Assembly (NCBI GenBank): GCA_964527235.1
Contig: CAZGNC010000001.1
Location: forward strand, 170,344 to 234,343
From: an uncultured Candidatus Saccharibacteria bacterium
GTDB lineage: Bacteria; Patescibacteriota; Minisyncoccia; Phycocordibacterales; UBA9973
Length of the DNA: 64,000 nt
Direction of reading: 5' to 3'
This document shows, piece by piece, positions 25,800-33,137 of this stretch; positions within the stretch are counted from its first letter, which is position 1; every line of letters begins with the position of its first letter. Both the position numbers and the translations under genes were made by a program. A model generated the notes under the pieces. It did not search any database. It was not told where the DNA came from and saw nothing but the letters and a program-made list of their open reading frames with translations.

Positions 25800-26807
25800 A
25801 TGAAAAATTACACATTTCACGTTTCCGGTACGCATTGCGCATCTTGTAAAATCTTAATCGAGGATGTATTAGGCGAGCAGGATTTTGTAAAGAAAGTTAA
25901 GGTTGACCTAGAAAATAAAGTTGTTGAAGTTGTCTCAGAGATGGAACACACTCCAGAAGAGTTAGCTCAAATGCTTACAGACAAAATCAAGAACAACGGA
26001 TATGTTCTTTCTATTGAAAAAAAATTAGGGTTAAAAAAAGACGAAGAAGTTATCTGGACGGCTTTGCCTATCGGTCTTGCTGTTTTGGCGCTTTTCTTTT
26101 TACTTCAGAAGTCTGGCTTGCTTAGTTTAGGTATCAACGGTAAAGCTACCCCGACTACGAGCTTTATCATAGGTTTAGTAGCTTCAGTTTCGAGTTGCTT
26201 GGCAATCGTTGGGGGGTTGGTGCTTTCTATATCTGCGAAAATTTCTCAAGATGAAAAAAGTGATACTCGCACTTTCATTTTATTCCATATCGGGAGACTT
26301 GCGAGCTTTGCATTGCTAGGTGGAGTTCTCGGGATGTTGGGTGGAGCTATCGGGATCAATTTCACGTTGGCTACTATTTTAGGGATACTAGCTTCAGTCG
26401 TTATGATAATCTTGGGGCTAAACCTAGTAGGTGTTTTTGAGAAAAATAAAATCACCCTACCATCAGGTATATTTAGTTTCTTTCGCAAGGTAGAACATCA
26501 GACTTTCACTCCGCTGCTAGTTGGTTTCGGTACTTTCTTCCTGCCTTGTGGATTTACTCAGTCAATGCAGATTGCAGCTCTAAGTAGTGGGTCTTTCATC
26601 TCAGGATTCTTGATTATGTTTGCTTTCGCGTTAGGTACTTTGCCGGTGTTGTCTCTGCTTTCTTTCGGCTCATCATCTTTCGCGGGGAGTAAGCATGCGC
26701 CACTTTTCTTCAAATCTTCTGGTATAGTAGTTATAGGGCTAGGACTCTTTGCTTTATTCTCTGCGCTAGTCGCTCTTGGAATTATTAATCCCATTTTTAG
26801 CATTTAA
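25800..26807 (+). CDS. heavy-metal-associated (HMA, CxxC) domain fused to a polytopic membrane protein; putative metal permease or chaperone-linked transporter
   Basis: 335 aa; N-terminus GTHCASCKILIE (MxCxxC), then ~6 TM helices with conserved Cys (ASVSSCLAIV, FFLPCGFTQSM); co-operonic with copA. Confidence 0.55.
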   Translation: MKNYTFHVSGTHCASCKILIEDVLGEQDFVKKVKVDLENKVVEVVSEMEHTPEELAQMLTDKIKNNGYVLSIEKKLGLKKDEEVIWTALPIGLAVLALFFLLQKSGLLSLGINGKATPTTSFIIGLVASVSSCLAIVGGLVLSISAKISQDEKSDTRTFILFHIGRLASFALLGGVLGMLGGAIGINFTLATILGILASVVMIILGLNLVGVFEKNKITLPSGIFSFFRKVEHQTFTPLLVGFGTFFLPCGFTQSMQIAALSSGSFISGFLIMFAFALGTLPVLSLLSFGSSSFAGSKHAPLFFKSSGIVVIGLGLFALFSALVALGIINPIFSI

Positions 26808-26822
26808 AATAATATTTAAATT

Positions 26823-27230
26823 ATGAATAAATCAGTTTTAATCATTATAACTTTTGGACTTATCGTTGCTCTGGGAATTATTTTCTCGAGTAGTTCTCGT
26901 CCTGGTGGTTCTCAAGCAGGGGCGAACCTGAAAGAAGGACAAAATGTTGAAATACGAGAAGACGGTATTCAGTATATTACTGTGAATGCTGTGGGTGGCT
27001 ACTGGCCCGAGGTCTCTAATGCGAAAGCGGGGATTCCTACTAAACTTGTGGTGAAGACAGAAGGCGCTTTTGATTGCTCTTCATCTCTCATAATTCGCTC
27101 GATAAATTACCAGAAAGTTTTAGATCAAAATAGTGAAGAGGTGATAGACCTAGGCACACCCAAAGTCGGTCAGGTAACTCAGGGAGTCTGCAGTATGGGG
27201 ATGTATAGTTTCAAACTTAATTTTAACTAA
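26823..27230 (+). CDS. secreted/membrane-anchored small protein with a cupredoxin-like fold (putative copper-binding)
   Basis: 135 aa; N-terminal signal/TM; beta-rich; Cys/Met cluster GVCSMGMYSF; last gene of the cop operon. Confidence 0.4.
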   Translation: MNKSVLIIITFGLIVALGIIFSSSSRPGGSQAGANLKEGQNVEIREDGIQYITVNAVGGYWPEVSNAKAGIPTKLVVKTEGAFDCSSSLIIRSINYQKVLDQNSEEVIDLGTPKVGQVTQGVCSMGMYSFKLNFN

Positions 27231-27258
27231 AACGAAAACCCCACGATCGACTGTGGGG
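27231..27258 (-). terminator. hairpin plus T-run terminator (minus strand) of the island-4 gene
   Basis: aaaacgaaaa-ccccac-gatcgact-gtgggg; on the minus strand the stem is followed by ttttcgtttt. Confidence 0.45.
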
Positions 27259-27276
27259 TCTCTCGTGGGGAGAGGT

Positions 27277-27471
27277 TTACTTTGAGTAATCCTCACCACT
27301 GATGGTGCTTTGGTGCGAGTGGTTTCTTCTCCACTCTACAGCGAAGATCGAAATGACCGCCAGGAGGCCAATTTCTATCAACCCAACACTGCCAATCATC
27401 CTGGCTATTAGAACCCAGGAGCCAATCGTCGCAGCCACGAAGAGCACGTATACAACAACTGCGGAGATCAT
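27277..27471 (-). CDS. small 2-TM membrane protein (64 aa) in GC-rich island 4
   Basis: SD AGGAGG 6 nt upstream of ATG; MISAVVVYVLFVAATIGSWVLIARMIGSVGLIEIGLLAVISIFAVEW... Confidence 0.45.
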   Translation of the reverse strand: MISAVVVYVLFVAATIGSWVLIARMIGSVGLIEIGLLAVISIFAVEWRRNHSHQSTISGEDYSK

Positions 27472-27504
27472 GAGAGCCTCCTGGATGTGAAGGACGTTTA
27501 TATA

Positions 27505-27533
27505 ATTATATTCTTGTGCTTTTTGCGCGTCAA
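27505..27533 (-). promoter_or_regulatory. sigma70-like promoter TTGACG-N17-TATAAT (minus strand) for the island-4 gene
   Basis: Minus-strand TTGACGcgcaaaaagcacaagaaTATAAT; the -35 abuts the nitroreductase stop codon. Confidence 0.4.
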
Positions 27534-28184
27534 TTAGACAAACTCTATAACCTCGTTGAAAGCTCTGCGGACTTTAGGTCGAGCGCTGGCAGGGTCTTCG
27601 CCTCGGTAGCCGAGGGCGAGCATCGTCACTGATTTTAAATTTTTTTCTTTGAGTCCCAGTATTTCGTCTACCTTTTCTGGCGTGAAGCCCTCCATTGGCC
27701 CAGCATCAACGTGAAGCAGTGCTGCCGTCTCTAGCATGATACCGAGCGGTATGTATGCCTGGTGAGCCACCCAGCTCTCTAGGGTGCCGTTATCTAGCTT
27801 TTTTGCTACAGTGGCTTCTAATGACTTTTTCAAACCTTCAAGATCTTTAGGGTCTTGATTTTGGATTTTGGCGGTACGATCGACTCGTTCTTTAGCTAAG
27901 CTTTCGATAGCGTCAGTGCGGTATGCTATGACTATCAAGTGTGAAGCGTCGGTTATCTTAGGTTGGTTGTCTCCGACTGCGCGGATCTTAGCTCTGATTT
28001 CGGGATTTTGAACAACAATGAACTTCCACATCTCACTGCCGTTGGCGCTAGGGGATAGGCGAGCAGATTCGAGTATCGTATGTAAGTCATTTTCGGATAC
28101 ATTCTTTTCAGGGTTGAAAACTTTCACAGCATAACGCCAGTTTAATGCTTTTATTATTTCTTCGTTTATGGTGTGATTTTTCAT
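27534..28184 (-). CDS. nitroreductase family protein (NAD(P)H-flavin oxidoreductase)
   Basis: 216 aa; nitroreductase fold motifs (RYAVKVF, SPSANGSE, MLALGYRGE). Confidence 0.7.
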   Translation of the reverse strand: MKNHTINEEIIKALNWRYAVKVFNPEKNVSENDLHTILESARLSPSANGSEMWKFIVVQNPEIRAKIRAVGDNQPKITDASHLIVIAYRTDAIESLAKERVDRTAKIQNQDPKDLEGLKKSLEATVAKKLDNGTLESWVAHQAYIPLGIMLETAALLHVDAGPMEGFTPEKVDEILGLKEKNLKSVTMLALGYRGEDPASARPKVRRAFNEVIEFV

Positions 28185-28280
28185 AAATTTGACTTTAATT
28201 AATTATGGGTATATATTCATAATATACTAGGTCGAGGTTAAAAGCAAGTTTTTTTGTGTATAATTATAGGAATAATATTT

Positions 28281-28562
28281 ATGGTCAGACCAAAATGCGA
28301 CAAGAAGGTAGACTTTTGTCCTAAATTCACTGAATTTAAGCCAGAAGGTTGCCCGACTAAAATGAAACTGGTTGAGATAGAGCCCGAAGAAGCCGAAGCG
28401 CTTCGGCTGAAGAATATCGAGAATCTCGATCAGAACTCCGCTGCTAAGAAAATGGGAATTTCCCAGAGTACCTTTCAGCGTATTTTGTCTTCTGCCTATA
28501 AAAAAGTTTCGCATGCGTTAATCGCGGGAAACATTATTAAGTTAAAAGAAAATAATAAATAA
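28281..28562 (+). CDS. DUF134/UPF0251-family small DNA-binding protein (sigma-70 region-4-like HTH)
   Basis: Starts at MVRPKC; CxxC...C pattern then a HTH-like segment (LDQNSAAKKMGISQSTFQRILSSAYKKV). Confidence 0.55.
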   Translation: MVRPKCDKKVDFCPKFTEFKPEGCPTKMKLVEIEPEEAEALRLKNIENLDQNSAAKKMGISQSTFQRILSSAYKKVSHALIAGNIIKLKENNK

Positions 28563-28568
28563 AATCAT

Positions 28569-28928
28569 ATGGAAAATACAAAAGATTTAGTTTTGGATTT
28601 ATTGAAGATGGTTGGTGAAGGCAAAATGTTAGAAGCATTTGAGAAGTACTATGCTGACAACGTAACTATGCAGGAGAACGAGACTGCGCCAAGAGTTGGT
28701 AAAGATGCCAATCGTGCATTTGAGCAGGCTTTCGTCGGAGGTATCACTGAATTTCGAGAATCTAAGGTTCTAGGTGTTACTTGGGGAGATAATATCTCTA
28801 TGTATGAGTCATACATGGATGCTACTCATAAGGACTGGGGAGTTATGAAGAAGACTCAAGTTGCGGTGCAGAGATGGGAGAACGGCAAAATCGTAAGTGA
28901 GAAGTTCTATTACGATACAGCGAAATAA
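28569..28928 (+). CDS. SnoaL-like/NTF2-fold small protein
   Basis: 119 aa; alpha+beta cone pattern typical of ketosteroid-isomerase-like proteins; low confidence. Confidence 0.4.
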   Translation: MENTKDLVLDLLKMVGEGKMLEAFEKYYADNVTMQENETAPRVGKDANRAFEQAFVGGITEFRESKVLGVTWGDNISMYESYMDATHKDWGVMKKTQVAVQRWENGKIVSEKFYYDTAK

Positions 28929-28949
28929 AATTTCATAGTATGAATAATC

Positions 28950-28975
28950 AAAAAGCCCCATTGTTGGGGCTTTTT
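28950..28975. terminator. bidirectional intrinsic terminator
   Basis: aaaaa-gcccca-ttgt-tggggc-ttttt. Confidence 0.6.
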
Positions 28976-28988
28976 GATTGGGATGATC

Positions 28989-29546
28989 TTAATTTAATTC
29001 TTTCCTTTCGATGATCAGTGCTACGAATACACCGAAGGCGATTATAGCTAGGTATGAGGCGATTATGAATTGGTAGCTCATCGCTAGTCTGTTTAACACA
29101 CCCAGAGTGCAGACTGCGACCCATGAGATAACCGAGACAGCCCCGCAAGCGAAAGCCACTCTGCGAGTATTGCGTTCTGCAACAGATGTAAAGAATTCTT
29201 CACGAAGCATTCGAGGCCAGACGTATTTGTTCAAGATGTAGCCGTTCACTAGGAGAACTAGCAAGATGCTCATCTTGGCTAGGAATTTTTCAGAACTTGC
29301 GTACTTCTCTACATCAGAGAGGAATATTACTCCTCCTGAGAGTACGATAAGTATCAAACCGTAGAAGACTATGTTTTTAAGAATAGAAAGGGTGGAGATT
29401 TCGGTTTCATTTAGCTTTTTATCTTTGCTAAAGAAATTGAAAAGTATATCAGATACCAGTGCTGCACCCATCCCTAAGACCACAGAGAGCACATGCACCA
29501 CTATCGCGGGATTTTTAATGTATTGAAATATGTCGATGGTTTCCAT
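28989..29546 (-). CDS. hypothetical polytopic membrane protein (185 aa, ~5 TM)
   Basis: Host-like AT-rich ORF with multiple hydrophobic helices and no recognisable family. Confidence 0.45.
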   Translation of the reverse strand: METIDIFQYIKNPAIVVHVLSVVLGMGAALVSDILFNFFSKDKKLNETEISTLSILKNIVFYGLILIVLSGGVIFLSDVEKYASSEKFLAKMSILLVLLVNGYILNKYVWPRMLREEFFTSVAERNTRRVAFACGAVSVISWVAVCTLGVLNRLAMSYQFIIASYLAIIAFGVFVALIIERKELN

Positions 29547-29644
29547 GGGTATATTCTAGCATACCGACTAAAATAAATTTCTTTGCTGACATCGTGTGGA
29601 GTTAATTGTGGAGGATTGGGGGAGGATTTTGAAGAGGAGGGGTT

Positions 29645-30682
29645 TTACTTTTTAAATACTCTAATTATTTCAGAAAGAAGGGTGTCCATGTTCGGTTGAA
29701 AGCTTACTTGTGTTTTACTTGGAAGTATCTCTTTATTGCGTATAGGGGTGTGAAGATATGAATCAGATATTTTTCTAGATGAAACATCCAAGGGTAAAAT
29801 TATATCTCTAAAACTCTTAGTGCCATAATTGTTGACAACTTCTGTAAATGTTTTTTTCTCAAAGATAGGTGGTATATGGTCTAAAATTGACCGAATAAGC
29901 ATTCCGCTGGCTAAGTAGTTACCTAAACTATAATTATCGTTGAGCTCCTTACACATTTGTATAAGTTTGGTTAAATCATATTTCTCAGATTTTATTTGAG
30001 ACAATCCAAGTATTATTGAGCTCTCAATGTAATAAGATTCTTTTGCAGTTTCACTCGTAAAACTTTTTTTGTTTTTAGGTTTACTTATTTCTTTTTCAAA
30101 CTCAAAAGAGAAACTCTTTAACTGACTAGGCATACTTATAATATATTTTGATATAGATTCCCAATAAATATGGGGTGCGATATAATATCCTGAAGCAGAT
30201 TCCGTATCCCTAGTCATGAACTTTGTTGGAAATAAGTCATGAAAATAATCAGTTGCACTTTTAAGAGTAAATTTTTCAATTCTTGAAATATCTGAAGAAC
30301 TTTCTTTTGATAGATATATAATTATTTCTCTTTGAATATCTTGAAATTCAGTTTCTAATTCTAATGCAAAAACTTTAGCCTTATCTAGAGATACACCAGA
30401 ATCTTTTTCAATCTTTGCTCGCACCTCTTCTTCACTTTTTTCTCCCCAGCCATCTGGGATTCCGTGAATTAAACCCCACTCAATACTAAAACGATTCATG
30501 GCACTTGGTTCTCGAAAATCCTCATAAAAAAACTTTGCATGTCCAACAAAGGATGAACCACTCCATGCCTTCGCTATTTCATGGCAAACGTCAGTAACTT
30601 TTTCGGCCTCTGATTTAAAACTACTGGCTTTCTTGACAAGCTCATTAAGTTTTTCTCTGAAGTTCTCAATTTCCGTACTCAT
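29645..30682 (-). CDS. hypothetical protein (345 aa) next to the tRNA-Glu and conserved block
   Basis: Host-like composition; no recognised domain; C-terminal R-x7-H segment (RKISDSYLH) is only loosely HEPN-like. Confidence 0.45.
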   Translation of the reverse strand: MSTEIENFREKLNELVKKASSFKSEAEKVTDVCHEIAKAWSGSSFVGHAKFFYEDFREPSAMNRFSIEWGLIHGIPDGWGEKSEEEVRAKIEKDSGVSLDKAKVFALELETEFQDIQREIIIYLSKESSSDISRIEKFTLKSATDYFHDLFPTKFMTRDTESASGYYIAPHIYWESISKYIISMPSQLKSFSFEFEKEISKPKNKKSFTSETAKESYYIESSIILGLSQIKSEKYDLTKLIQMCKELNDNYSLGNYLASGMLIRSILDHIPPIFEKKTFTEVVNNYGTKSFRDIILPLDVSSRKISDSYLHTPIRNKEILPSKTQVSFQPNMDTLLSEIIRVFKK

Positions 30683-30748
30683 GACCGAATTGTATCACAA
30701 TCATTAAAAATAGAAGATTTAGAAATTGGGGTCAGGTACTATTTATTT

Positions 30749-30826
30749 GAGTGCTACGCACGCAGAGTTTGTGTGGGCCACAATAATTTGCTCGTCGTCA
30801 CTCGCAAATTTTCCAGCCCCGGACTC
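30749..30826. repeat. conserved 78-nt block, copy 2 (3' side of tRNA-Glu-CTC)
   Basis: 77/78 identical to 8970-9047; same orientation and same position relative to its tRNA-Glu. Confidence 0.5.
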
Positions 30827-30909
30827 GGCTATTCACGTACTCGTGAATTATGCCTCCGTCTTCACAAAACGCTCATAAATAAAGCAGTTTATTTACTTTG
30901 CGCGTTTTG

Positions 30910-30981
30910 TGACCCTACAGAGAATCGAACTCTGATTTGATCCTTGAGAAGGATCCGTCCTAGCCGTTAGACGATAGGGCC
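30910..30981 (-). tRNA. tRNA-Glu (anticodon CTC)
   Basis: Reverse complement GGCCCTATCGTCTAACGGCTAGGACGGATCCTTCTCAAGGATC...TTCGATTC...TAGGGTCA; anticodon loop TTCTCAA. Confidence 0.85.
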
Positions 30982-31087
30982 ATATAAAACATCTAGACCT
31001 ATCGTCCTGAAAACCTGAACGGGCGATAGGCCCAATAAGGAAAAGATAACATTTTTAAAATAAAAATCAAAAGCAGGGAAGGTGTGT

Positions 31088-31116
31088 TTGACTTTTGGGT
31101 AATATACTATATAATA
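31088..31116 (+). promoter_or_regulatory. sigma70-like promoter TTGACT-N16-TATAAT driving the island-5 plus-strand operon
   Basis: ttgacttttgggtaatatactatataat ~80 nt upstream of the first island ORF. Confidence 0.45.
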
Positions 31117-31197
31117 TTATACAGTATATGTAGGTACATTGTAAGACCAGTCGGCCACAAACGGTTGATTGGAACCTGAACACAGGAGTCGCACCGC

Positions 31198-31386
31198 ATG
31201 ATGAGGGTTGTTATGAAGCCGAGAAAGACAACTCAAGAAACAATCACGTTTCTTCGAGAGGGGGTAGAAATCACTTTATCCTCTCCGGTTGTTGCCATCG
31301 TTCCCGACGAGGAACGGCTGGAGTTTCTTTCTGACTCGCGCGTCGTTATCAGTCCCCGCGTCGATATTGCGACGCTTGTGAGTTGA
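31198..31386 (+). CDS. hypothetical small protein (62 aa) in GC-rich island 5
   Basis: SD AGGAG 9 nt upstream of ATG; MMRVVMKPRKTTQETITFLREGVEITLSSPVVAIVPDEERLEFL... Confidence 0.4.
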   Translation: MMRVVMKPRKTTQETITFLREGVEITLSSPVVAIVPDEERLEFLSDSRVVISPRVDIATLVS

Positions 31387-31396
31387 ATCGCCACCT

Positions 31397-31420
31397 GGCC
31401 CCCGCGACGTCGCGGGGGCC
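31397..31420. repeat. perfect 24-nt palindrome GGCCCCCGCGACGTCGCGGGGGCC in the intercistronic gap (operator or RNA hairpin candidate)
   Basis: Self-complementary over all 24 nt; no T-run follows; sits 23 nt upstream of the next SD. Confidence 0.5.
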
Positions 31421-31443
31421 TCACTGCTTAAGGAGGATATCAC

Positions 31444-31689
31444 ATGCAGACCAGGATTGAAGTAACTATCCTCAGTGACGGGCGGGTGCAGGTGGATGAG
31501 AACGGGCAGAAGTCCGTGATCACTCCACAGTCGAATGGGTTCATGTTCGCGATGAATATCAACGGGGACTACTCCCTGACCATCAGCGATCCGAAGCCGG
31601 AGCCGGCGATCCTTCCACGTGTGCCCTTGTCGAGTCTCAGTTGCTTCGACGGGGGGTTGCTTTTTCCGGAGGGAGGTGGCAACCCATGA
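31444..31689 (+). CDS. hypothetical protein (81 aa) in GC-rich island 5
   Basis: SD AAGGAGGA 7 nt upstream of ATG; MQTRIEVTILSDGRVQVDENGQKSVITPQSNGFMFAMNINGDYSL...; stop overlaps the next start (ATGA). Confidence 0.45.
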   Translation: MQTRIEVTILSDGRVQVDENGQKSVITPQSNGFMFAMNINGDYSLTISDPKPEPAILPRVPLSSLSCFDGGLLFPEGGGNP

Positions 31690-31775
31690 TCCTGCTCTTG
31701 ATGTGGGTCATCGTGGCAATCTTCGGCGGGTGGCTCGTCATGCACTCTGCCGAGTGCAAGTGGGCCGACGAGTAG
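31686..31775 (+). CDS. 29-aa hydrophobic membrane peptide (MILLLMWVIVAIFGGWLVMHSAECKWADE), translationally coupled to the upstream gene
   Basis: ATGA start/stop overlap with the upstream ORF; single TM helix; below the 60-aa threshold of the ORF track. Confidence 0.35.
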   Translation: MILLLMWVIVAIFGGWLVMHSAECKWADE

Positions 31776-31791
31776 GTGTCGGCATGCAGTA

Positions 31792-31829
31792 GGGGTCTCG
31801 CGTTCGCGCGAGGCCCCGTTTTTGTTTTT
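31792..31829 (+). terminator. intrinsic terminator of the island-5 plus-strand operon
   Basis: ggggtctcgcg-ttcg-cgcgaggcccc followed by gtttttgttttt. Confidence 0.6.
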
Positions 31830-31884
31830 ATTTATTTTATATTAAAATTAATTTGGAACAATCAACCACCAACGGAGGTGCCAC

Positions 31885-32013
31885 ATGTTGGAGACGATAG
31901 TTGGTGTCCTGTTCGTGGCATCCTTGTGTGCCATTGTCCTGTATTTTCTGAGACGTGGTTGGCAGTTACTGAAAGAGATTGGGGATGCTCTTGAGCATCC
32001 GTTCAATGAATGA
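31885..32013 (+). CDS. 42-aa membrane peptide (MLETIVGVLFVASLCAIVLYFLRRGWQLLKEIGDALEHPFNE)
   Basis: SD GGAGGT 7 nt upstream of ATG; one TM helix; a weak hairpin plus T-rich stretch follows near 32036-32075. Confidence 0.35.
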   Translation: MLETIVGVLFVASLCAIVLYFLRRGWQLLKEIGDALEHPFNE

Positions 32014-32191
32014 CATCTTGAGGAATCGGCCCTGGCGCAAGCTAGGGCTTTCTCGTATAAAAATAAAACGCCTCACAGCTCAGAGAGCGCGAGGTGTTCT
32101 TGTGACGTAGTAAGACGTCGGCTTGATCTTGCCCGCCGAGCAATGGCTACGACGGGGTTGCGCGAGGTGCAAATAGCTTGCGAGATGTGAA

Positions 32192-32500
32192 CTATCCCAA
32201 GGCTTTCTTTACGAGAGCGCTCAAGATGATCACACCTGCGGCGACAATGAAGATCAGAGTCAGTGTTGCCGTTTCCGAAGCCTTGGGCTTGGTTTGGTTC
32301 ACAGGCTCCGGCTCTTTGTCTTCGCCGTTCCACCAGTCGTTTCCGAACACTGGTGCCTCCTTCTTGTCAGGGGTCTTCGTTACACGGTGTTCACCTGTAC
32401 TCCGCAGATGTTCTTCGAAGCCTTTCGGTCTGAGGTTCGTAACTTCAAGACCGAACGGTATTCTTCTTCTTTTTACCTTTCCCTTCTTCCTTTTTTTCAT
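32192..32500 (-). CDS. 102-aa protein with a Lys/Arg-rich N-terminus and a C-terminal TM anchor (tail-anchored)
   Basis: SD GGGAGGGA upstream of an internal ATG of the 118-aa track ORF; MKKRKKGKVKRRRIPFGLEV...ATLTLIFIVAAGVIILSALVKKALG. Confidence 0.4.
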   Translation of the reverse strand: MKKRKKGKVKRRRIPFGLEVTNLRPKGFEEHLRSTGEHRVTKTPDKKEAPVFGNDWWNGEDKEPEPVNQTKPKASETATLTLIFIVAAGVIILSALVKKALG

Positions 32501-32580
32501 CTGTATCCCTCCCGGCAGGGATGCGATTGACTTGCCCCGTCGGTACACGATTCGCCGGCGGGGTTGCTATGTCGGTGTGT

Positions 32581-32712
32581 TCATACTGAGCAACTTTGCA
32601 TCCACACCACGATGCAAACCACGACCAGAAGTCCGATCACGTACCCTGTGCTCACCGGCATGTTGTTGTACATCCATGAGAATGCTTTCTGGGCTTTCTG
32701 GATCTGAGTCAC
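32581..32712 (-). CDS. 43-aa TM peptide, GTG start (VTQIQKAQKAFSWMYNNMPVSTGYVIGLLVVVCIVVWMQSCSV)
   Basis: SD AGGAG 9 nt upstream of GTG; GC3-rich frame; preferred over the overlapping 113-aa Arg/Ser-rich track ORF. Confidence 0.3.
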   Translation of the reverse strand: MTQIQKAQKAFSWMYNNMPVSTGYVIGLLVVVCIVVWMQSCSV

Positions 32713-32742
32713 AATTCCTACTCCTGGTGTCTAGTGAAGGAG

Positions 32743-32811
32743 TCAGGACAGCAGACTGAAAAGTAGCCCTACTCCTAGGCCGACGGCCACCACGGTTCCG
32801 AGAATCTTCAT
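32743..32811 (-). CDS. 22-aa hydrophobic peptide (MKILGTVVAVGLGVGLLFSLLS); may extend to a 41-aa form starting at 32868
   Basis: Hydrophobic ORF between two TM-peptide genes on the minus strand; no clear SD; tentative. Confidence 0.2.
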   Translation of the reverse strand: MKILGTVVAVGLGVGLLFSLLS

Positions 32812-32904
32812 CAACGGTGTCTTGGTATTGACGCGGGTCTGCTGGAGTCTGTCTTGTGGCAACCTCATTCGGCGCCGGGGGGGCGCCCTCTTGGAGTGGT
32901 TCGG

Positions 32905-33069
32905 TCATGACTTCCTCTCCTTTGTTGAAGTGGTCCCAAAGAAGGCGCTAGGTGCCTCTCCGGGGTGGAGCACTTGCCACGAACCGTAGATCGTGGCGAA
33001 GCACAGCGTGATGAGCGCAATCGCGGTGAGAGCGCTCCTGAACAGGAACCCGCCAATCTGTTCTTTCAT
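32905..33069 (-). CDS. 54-aa TM protein (MKEQIGGFLFRSALTAIALITLCFATIYGSWQVLHPGEAPSAFFGTTSTKERKS)
   Basis: Strong GC3 bias; TTGACA-N16-TAATCA promoter-like sequence upstream; weak SD; ATGA overlap with the next downstream frame. Confidence 0.35.
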   Translation of the reverse strand: MKEQIGGFLFRSALTAIALITLCFATIYGSWQVLHPGEAPSAFFGTTSTKERKS

Positions 33070-33137
33070 TGGAAGGTGCTCGCTTTTTTGGATTCAATAA
33101 AATGATTACGTTTTCAACGCCTTTTGTCAATAGCTGG

